From: Spirochaetaceae bacterium
Lineage (GTDB): Bacteria; Spirochaetota; Spirochaetia; DSM-2461
Assembly (NCBI GenBank): GCA_051531975.1
Contig: JAOPTT010000006.1
Location: 288,656-352,655, forward strand
Reading direction: 5' to 3'
DNA length: 64,000 nucleotides
A program made the position numbers and the translations under genes. The notes under the pieces were generated by a model, which made no database searches, was not told the origin of the DNA, and saw nothing but the letters and a program-made list of their open reading frames with translations. This document shows positions 58,972-64,000 of the stretch, piece by piece (within the stretch, counting starts at the first letter, position 1; each line of letters starts with the position of its first letter).

Positions 58972-60351
58972 ATGCAAAAATACTCTATAATTTTAATTTA
59001 TTTATTAACAATAACATTTAACTTATCATCCATAGAATCTGGAGATAATAAAATTGCTAAAGATCTCTTCAAAGTCTATGGTTCGAATATTGATTTAGAT
59101 CAGATCGATAAAGTTTTAGAATTTGATAATAACTTTACTCCTGCCTTGATTAAAAAGGCTTTATTGTTAGACGAAAATAACTATAATTTATTAGAAGTTA
59201 AAAAAATATTAGAATCAACAGATTTAACAAATTTTAGCAGTAAACTACATTATATATCTATTTTATATAGGATTAAAAAATATAAAGAAGTACTGCAATT
59301 TACTAAAAATATAAATATCAATAATTTAAACGATTCAAATACTTTATATTATATTGCTGATAGTTATTTTAGAGTTTTAGATTCAGATAAAACATTAGAG
59401 ATTATAGATAAGTCTTTGCATATTTTCCCAGATGATCAGAGATTTTATGAACTTTTATACTTAATTCAAAAAGATATAACAATATTGACAAAAATCTTAT
59501 ATGGAAATAATCCCTTACAGTCATTTTTACGGATATTAAGTAGAATAGATGATGTTTTTCATTATCAAGTGGTTAATAATTTAATTAAAAAAGAGTTAAA
59601 AATGTTAACCTCAGATATTTTATTAACTTACATTGGTAATTACGAAGTTGTTGAGACAATAATGAAGTCTTATAATTGGATTATTCCAAATGGAACATAC
59701 AGATTTGATAATGACGCAGATACTTTTATAGAAACCATTATCACATTTAGTAATGGAAATGTAATATATAAAAGTACGGATACAAATAGAGACAATATAT
59801 ATGATTACAAATGTTTATATAGTGATGGATTACCCCAAAATATAACCTTTGGCGAAAATAATTTAACTTATTCTAATTATCCATTTGTAGATAAGATAAC
59901 AATGGGTGAACAAAATAGGACAGTTTTTTATTTTTATGAGAATTTTAATAGATTAGAGCTTGGTAGCTCAATATCTAATCAAACAATACAAATTTTTAAT
60001 TTACTATTATCAACTGGAAAAATAGTAAAAATTGAAAGTTATAATAATGATGAGTTAAGTTCTTTAACGCTATATCGAAATACAAATACTGCAATGAAAT
60101 TTACAAAACCAAGTGATTATGGTTTTGATAACTGTGTGTTATTAGTAGATGATATTCCTGTAGCTGGGCTTAAAGATCTCGATTCAGATGGTATTTATGA
60201 CTTAAGTGAAAAATATCTAGAAGGTGAATTGATTAGTGTCGGTTATAGTAAAAATGGAGATAATACAAAAATTTCATATATAGAAAGTTTCATAGATTCA
60301 AAAGAGACGTATTCCAATGAATCATTTGATTTTAATTGGTGGAAGAAGTGA
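58972..60351 (+). CDS. secreted hypothetical protein with TPR-like N-half and Dx[DN]xD(G) repeats
   Basis: Signal peptide; DNDAD, DTNRDNIYD, DLDSDGIYD. Confidence 0.6.
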   Translation: MQKYSIILIYLLTITFNLSSIESGDNKIAKDLFKVYGSNIDLDQIDKVLEFDNNFTPALIKKALLLDENNYNLLEVKKILESTDLTNFSSKLHYISILYRIKKYKEVLQFTKNININNLNDSNTLYYIADSYFRVLDSDKTLEIIDKSLHIFPDDQRFYELLYLIQKDITILTKILYGNNPLQSFLRILSRIDDVFHYQVVNNLIKKELKMLTSDILLTYIGNYEVVETIMKSYNWIIPNGTYRFDNDADTFIETIITFSNGNVIYKSTDTNRDNIYDYKCLYSDGLPQNITFGENNLTYSNYPFVDKITMGEQNRTVFYFYENFNRLELGSSISNQTIQIFNLLLSTGKIVKIESYNNDELSSLTLYRNTNTAMKFTKPSDYGFDNCVLLVDDIPVAGLKDLDSDGIYDLSEKYLEGELISVGYSKNGDNTKISYIESFIDSKETYSNESFDFNWWKK

Positions 60352-62078
60352 AAAATATTATAATTATTATGTTTATATTAAATATATTAAGTTGCGTAAC
60401 TCAACAAGAAAGAAAAGATACTACATTAGAAGAAGTAATCGTAGCAGAGATAAATAGTAATTTCGAAAATAAGGAATATTTTAAAGTATTTCAACTAATG
60501 ACCTATTATAAATCCAGGGATATGGATAAACAATATTTTATTGATTCAGATAAAAAATTAAAACAAATATTGCCTGAGTTACTAGACGATTATCATAGTG
60601 AACAAAATTGGGATAACTTTTTTTTAACATATAAAAATCTAATTTCCCTAAATTTTGAATTAAATAATTATAACATTAATAATATCTTATATGACTATTT
60701 GGTTAAATATACTCCAAATAAGCTTTATAAATCTGGAGTTCTTCTCGCTGAAGAAAAATTAAATTATTCATTATTGAAAGATCATCAATTAATAACTTTA
60801 AAAGACTTGTATATTGAAATATCCCCTGAAGATGACTTCTTAAAACTTAAAGATGAGTTCACTAATAGAAATTTGGAGTGGAAATCAAGTTTACAAAAAG
60901 ACAATTATTTAGACGGTGTAATAACTATATTTGTAAATAAAGGAGTCACTTTTAATGATGGTGTTGGAAGTAGGGATATCGTCGTTGGTAGTGGTTTTTT
61001 TATTGATAAAAAAGGTTATGCTATTACTAACTATCATGTAATTGAATCTTTAGTTGATCCTGAATATGAAGGTAGTAATCATCTTTATGTTAAGTTAAAT
61101 GGTCTAGTGGAGAAAATTCCTGCTAAAGTAATCGGATGGGATCCAATTCTAGATCTTGCACTAATTAAGGTTTCATCTATTCCCAAATACTCATATTCAT
61201 TTTCAAATATAAAAGAACAAAACGTTGGTGAAAAAGTTCTAGCGGTTGGTTCTCCTGGTGGTTTAGGAAGTACAGTTACTTCAGGTATCGTATCAGCTAC
61301 AGATAGAACTTTATTAGAAATAGGTTCCGTGATTCAAATTGATAGTCCTATAAATCCAGGTAATAGCGGAGGACCACTTATTGATTCTGATAATAGAGTT
61401 ACTAATATTGTATTTGCAGGTATAGAAGATTTTGAAGGTGTAAATTTTGCTATACCAGTAAAATATTTAAAAGAAAATTTGAAAGAATTATATATTGGTG
61501 GAAAAGTTAAACATGTCTGGTTAGGGGCAGGAGCAATTAAAAGGAAAAAGAAACTAGAAATTGTTTATATAAAACCAGAAAGTCCAGCGTTCTTTTTGGG
61601 ATTAGAAAAAGGTGATATATTAGAAAATATTAATGGTATAAAATTCTCAACAATAATTGAAGTTCAAGATTATCTTATGAAGTTTAGTCCATATGAAATT
61701 ATAGATTTAAAATATAGTAGAGATGGTGAGCTATTCGAAAAGCAAATTTGTTTAGAAGAAAGACCTGATGTAATCATGAATAGCATTATTGATGGTGACG
61801 CATCTGATCACCTTTATACTCCACTTTTTGGTATGGATATTAAATACACTGGGAAAATATTATGGAATAAAGAATACCTTATTCAAGATGTAATACCTGG
61901 GTCTATTGCAGATGAATTAGATCTGTCGATTGGTGATATTATACAGATTAATGATTGGGAATATAATGAAGAATATCAAGTTGTAATAATCAAAATAGTT
62001 TTACAAACTAAAAGTGAAGGGTTTTGGAAAAAATCTATTCAAATTTCAGCCCCAATTAGTGTAAATTTCTTTATATAA
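60348..62078 (+). CDS. trypsin-like (HtrA/S1C) serine protease lipoprotein with PDZ domains
   Basis: GSGF, TNYHV, DLAL, INPGNSGGPL; PDZ (SPAFFLGLEKGD); GTG at 60348 overlaps the upstream TGA and gives lipobox ILSC. Confidence 0.88.
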   Translation: MKNIIIIMFILNILSCVTQQERKDTTLEEVIVAEINSNFENKEYFKVFQLMTYYKSRDMDKQYFIDSDKKLKQILPELLDDYHSEQNWDNFFLTYKNLISLNFELNNYNINNILYDYLVKYTPNKLYKSGVLLAEEKLNYSLLKDHQLITLKDLYIEISPEDDFLKLKDEFTNRNLEWKSSLQKDNYLDGVITIFVNKGVTFNDGVGSRDIVVGSGFFIDKKGYAITNYHVIESLVDPEYEGSNHLYVKLNGLVEKIPAKVIGWDPILDLALIKVSSIPKYSYSFSNIKEQNVGEKVLAVGSPGGLGSTVTSGIVSATDRTLLEIGSVIQIDSPINPGNSGGPLIDSDNRVTNIVFAGIEDFEGVNFAIPVKYLKENLKELYIGGKVKHVWLGAGAIKRKKKLEIVYIKPESPAFFLGLEKGDILENINGIKFSTIIEVQDYLMKFSPYEIIDLKYSRDGELFEKQICLEERPDVIMNSIIDGDASDHLYTPLFGMDIKYTGKILWNKEYLIQDVIPGSIADELDLSIGDIIQINDWEYNEEYQVVIIKIVLQTKSEGFWKKSIQISAPISVNFFI

Positions 62079-62123
62079 AGAGTTCATAGATTTATTGATG
62101 AAAAGTACCCCTTACTATATAGT

Positions 62124-63938
62124 ATGAGTATGAAAGACGAACAAGACTTAATAAGAAATTTCTGTATCATTGCACACATTGATCACGGAAAATCAACATT
62201 AGCTGATAGATTTATAGAAAAATCTCAAATTATCTCTTCAAGAGAATTTCAGAGTCAGTTATTAGATTCAATGGATATTGAAAGAGAACGTGGAATAACA
62301 ATAAAATCTCAAGCTGTTACTATTCCGTTTAAAAGTAAAGATGGAAATACATATAAACTTAATCTGGTAGATACACCAGGGCATGTAGATTTCTCATATG
62401 AAGTTTCTAGAGCAATTTCATCCTGTGAAGGAGCACTATTATTAGTAGATGCCACTCAGGGTGTAGAAGCACAAACTTTATCTAATATGTATATGGCTGT
62501 GGAACAAGATTTAGAGATTCTACCAGTTGTTAACAAAATGGATCTACCAAGTGCTGATATCGACCGTATTCAAGAGCAAATAGACCATGATCTAGGATTA
62601 GATCCTGATCTAATTTTTCCAGTGTCTGCAAAGATGGGTACAGGTGTTGAAGAACTACTTGAAGGTATTATTGAATGGATACCACATCCTAAAGGAAATA
62701 TTGATGCCCCATTTAAGGCTAATATTTTTGATTCTCATTATGACACATATAAAGGTGTAATAATGCACGTTAGGGTATTTGATGGTGAACTAAAACTTGG
62801 GGAAGATATTCAACTGTTTTCTACTGGTAAAGTTCATAAAGTTGAAGAATTAGGTTATTTTAGAATTGTTCGAGATGCTCAAAAATCTTTGAAGGCTGGT
62901 GAAGTTGGATATATTATTTCTGGTATAAAAGATATTAGTGAAGTTAAAGTAGGTGATACTGTTACAACTTCCGCTAACCCATGCTTAGTCCCTCTAGAAG
63001 GGTTTAGGGATACTAAACCTGTAGTCTTTTCATCTATTTATCCTGTGGATGCAGATCAGTACGAAGACTTACACGCTGCTATAGATAAACTTAGACTAAA
63101 CGATGCTTCTCTGGTATATGAGAAAGATTCATCTGCAGCATTAGGTCTTGGTTTTAGATGTGGTTTTTTAGGATTGTTACATTTAGAAGTAATACAAGAA
63201 CGACTTGAAAGAGAGTTTGGACTTAATATTGTATTAACTTCACCATCTGTTAGATATAGAATAACACCAAAATCAGGGGATACATATTTCTTAGATAATC
63301 CTACAGAATTTCCTGATCCAGGAGTAATTGAAAAAGCAGAAGAACCATATATAAAAGCCATAATAATTACACCTGCAGATTATCTAGGTAATATAATGAA
63401 CTTATGTACCCTAAAACGAGGTGTTCAAACAGAAATGGAATACCTTGATGAAAAAAGAGTTGAAATTAAATATGATATGCCTTTAGCAGAAATATTGTTT
63501 GATTTTTATGATAGGTTAAAATCTGTTTCAAGAGGATATGCTTCATTTGATTACGAAGAAGATGATTTCCAAGAGACTGACCTAGTTAAGTTAGATATAT
63601 TATTAAATGGTGATGTTGTTGATGCACTTTCACAACTTGTATTTAAAGGTAGTGCGTATGATAAAGCAAGAAATGTATGTAAGCGGTTAAAAGGTGAAAT
63701 TAGTAGACATCAATTTAAAATTCCTATTCAAGGTGCTATAGGTAGTAGTATTATTGCCCGGGAAACCATCCCAGCCTTGAGAAAAGATGTTACATCAAAA
63801 TGTTATGGTGGAGACATCTCTAGAAAGAAGAAATTATTAGAGAAACAAAAAGAGGGTAAGAAGCGTATGAAGATGGTTGGACGAGTAGAATTACCTCAAA
63901 ATGCCTTTTTATCTGTACTAAGAACTGATGAAGAGTAG
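62124..63938 (+). CDS. lepA: translation elongation factor 4 (LepA); true start may be ATG 62130
   Basis: IAHIDHGKSTLAD, RGITIK, DTPGH, GFRCGFLGLLH, KCYGGD. Confidence 0.97.
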   Translation: MSMKDEQDLIRNFCIIAHIDHGKSTLADRFIEKSQIISSREFQSQLLDSMDIERERGITIKSQAVTIPFKSKDGNTYKLNLVDTPGHVDFSYEVSRAISSCEGALLLVDATQGVEAQTLSNMYMAVEQDLEILPVVNKMDLPSADIDRIQEQIDHDLGLDPDLIFPVSAKMGTGVEELLEGIIEWIPHPKGNIDAPFKANIFDSHYDTYKGVIMHVRVFDGELKLGEDIQLFSTGKVHKVEELGYFRIVRDAQKSLKAGEVGYIISGIKDISEVKVGDTVTTSANPCLVPLEGFRDTKPVVFSSIYPVDADQYEDLHAAIDKLRLNDASLVYEKDSSAALGLGFRCGFLGLLHLEVIQERLEREFGLNIVLTSPSVRYRITPKSGDTYFLDNPTEFPDPGVIEKAEEPYIKAIIITPADYLGNIMNLCTLKRGVQTEMEYLDEKRVEIKYDMPLAEILFDFYDRLKSVSRGYASFDYEEDDFQETDLVKLDILLNGDVVDALSQLVFKGSAYDKARNVCKRLKGEISRHQFKIPIQGAIGSSIIARETIPALRKDVTSKCYGGDISRKKKLLEKQKEGKKRMKMVGRVELPQNAFLSVLRTDEE

Positions 63939-64000
63939 ATAAAAAATTTTCTTATTGATTAATATATATATAAAGTATATATTAAGTTATATTATTTATT

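Noticed and set aside
1326..63361. Short ORF-track entries antisense or nested within real genes (e.g. 1326-1613, 2174-2479, 6355-6663, 6876-7196, 11429-11674, 22679-22882, 30171-30413, 39331-39534, 40474-40848, 51574-51972, 56018-56305, 63056-63361)
   Set aside because: They overlap well-supported genes and show no recognisable motifs; treated as shadow ORFs
1..64000. CRISPR arrays, IS elements, prophage, rRNA/tRNA genes, selenocysteine read-through
   Set aside because: No repeat-spacer pattern, no such ORFs, and no TGA-interrupted redox gene were seen

Overview
Very AT-rich bacterial chromosomal segment, most likely from a free-living anaerobic or aerotolerant spirochaete. This is an inference from gene content: cheX, spoVG, a short Obg, rplU-prp-rpmA-obg-nadD-yqeK-LCP-rsfS synteny, and a Treponema-type adhesin-like lipoprotein beside mazG. 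It is almost entirely core or metabolic genome: an ECF sigma factor, a MaoC dehydratase pair, a cNMP/Crp pair, purine genes (folD, split purH, guaB-purA-guaA, purB), YcaO, oppABCDF, trpB, glgC, cimA, ribosomal/translation genes and lepA. I found no rRNA, tRNA, CRISPR array, transposase, integrase or prophage. Four things stand out. (1) An ~11.6 kb oxygen/peroxide-defence island (19.7-31.2 kb) embeds a class Ia ribonucleotide reductase and carries four copies of a 7-1-7 palindrome, TAGTAATnATTACTA, at its promoters, suggesting a PerR regulon that includes nrdAB. (2) Several genes have a -10 box 5-8 nt from the ATG and no Shine-Dalgarno, pointing to leaderless mRNAs. (3) purH is split by an in-frame TAG-ATG. 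(4) Candidate structured RNA leaders lie upstream of rplU, rplY and a LuxR-type gene. All calls come from motif recognition by eye; no database search was run.
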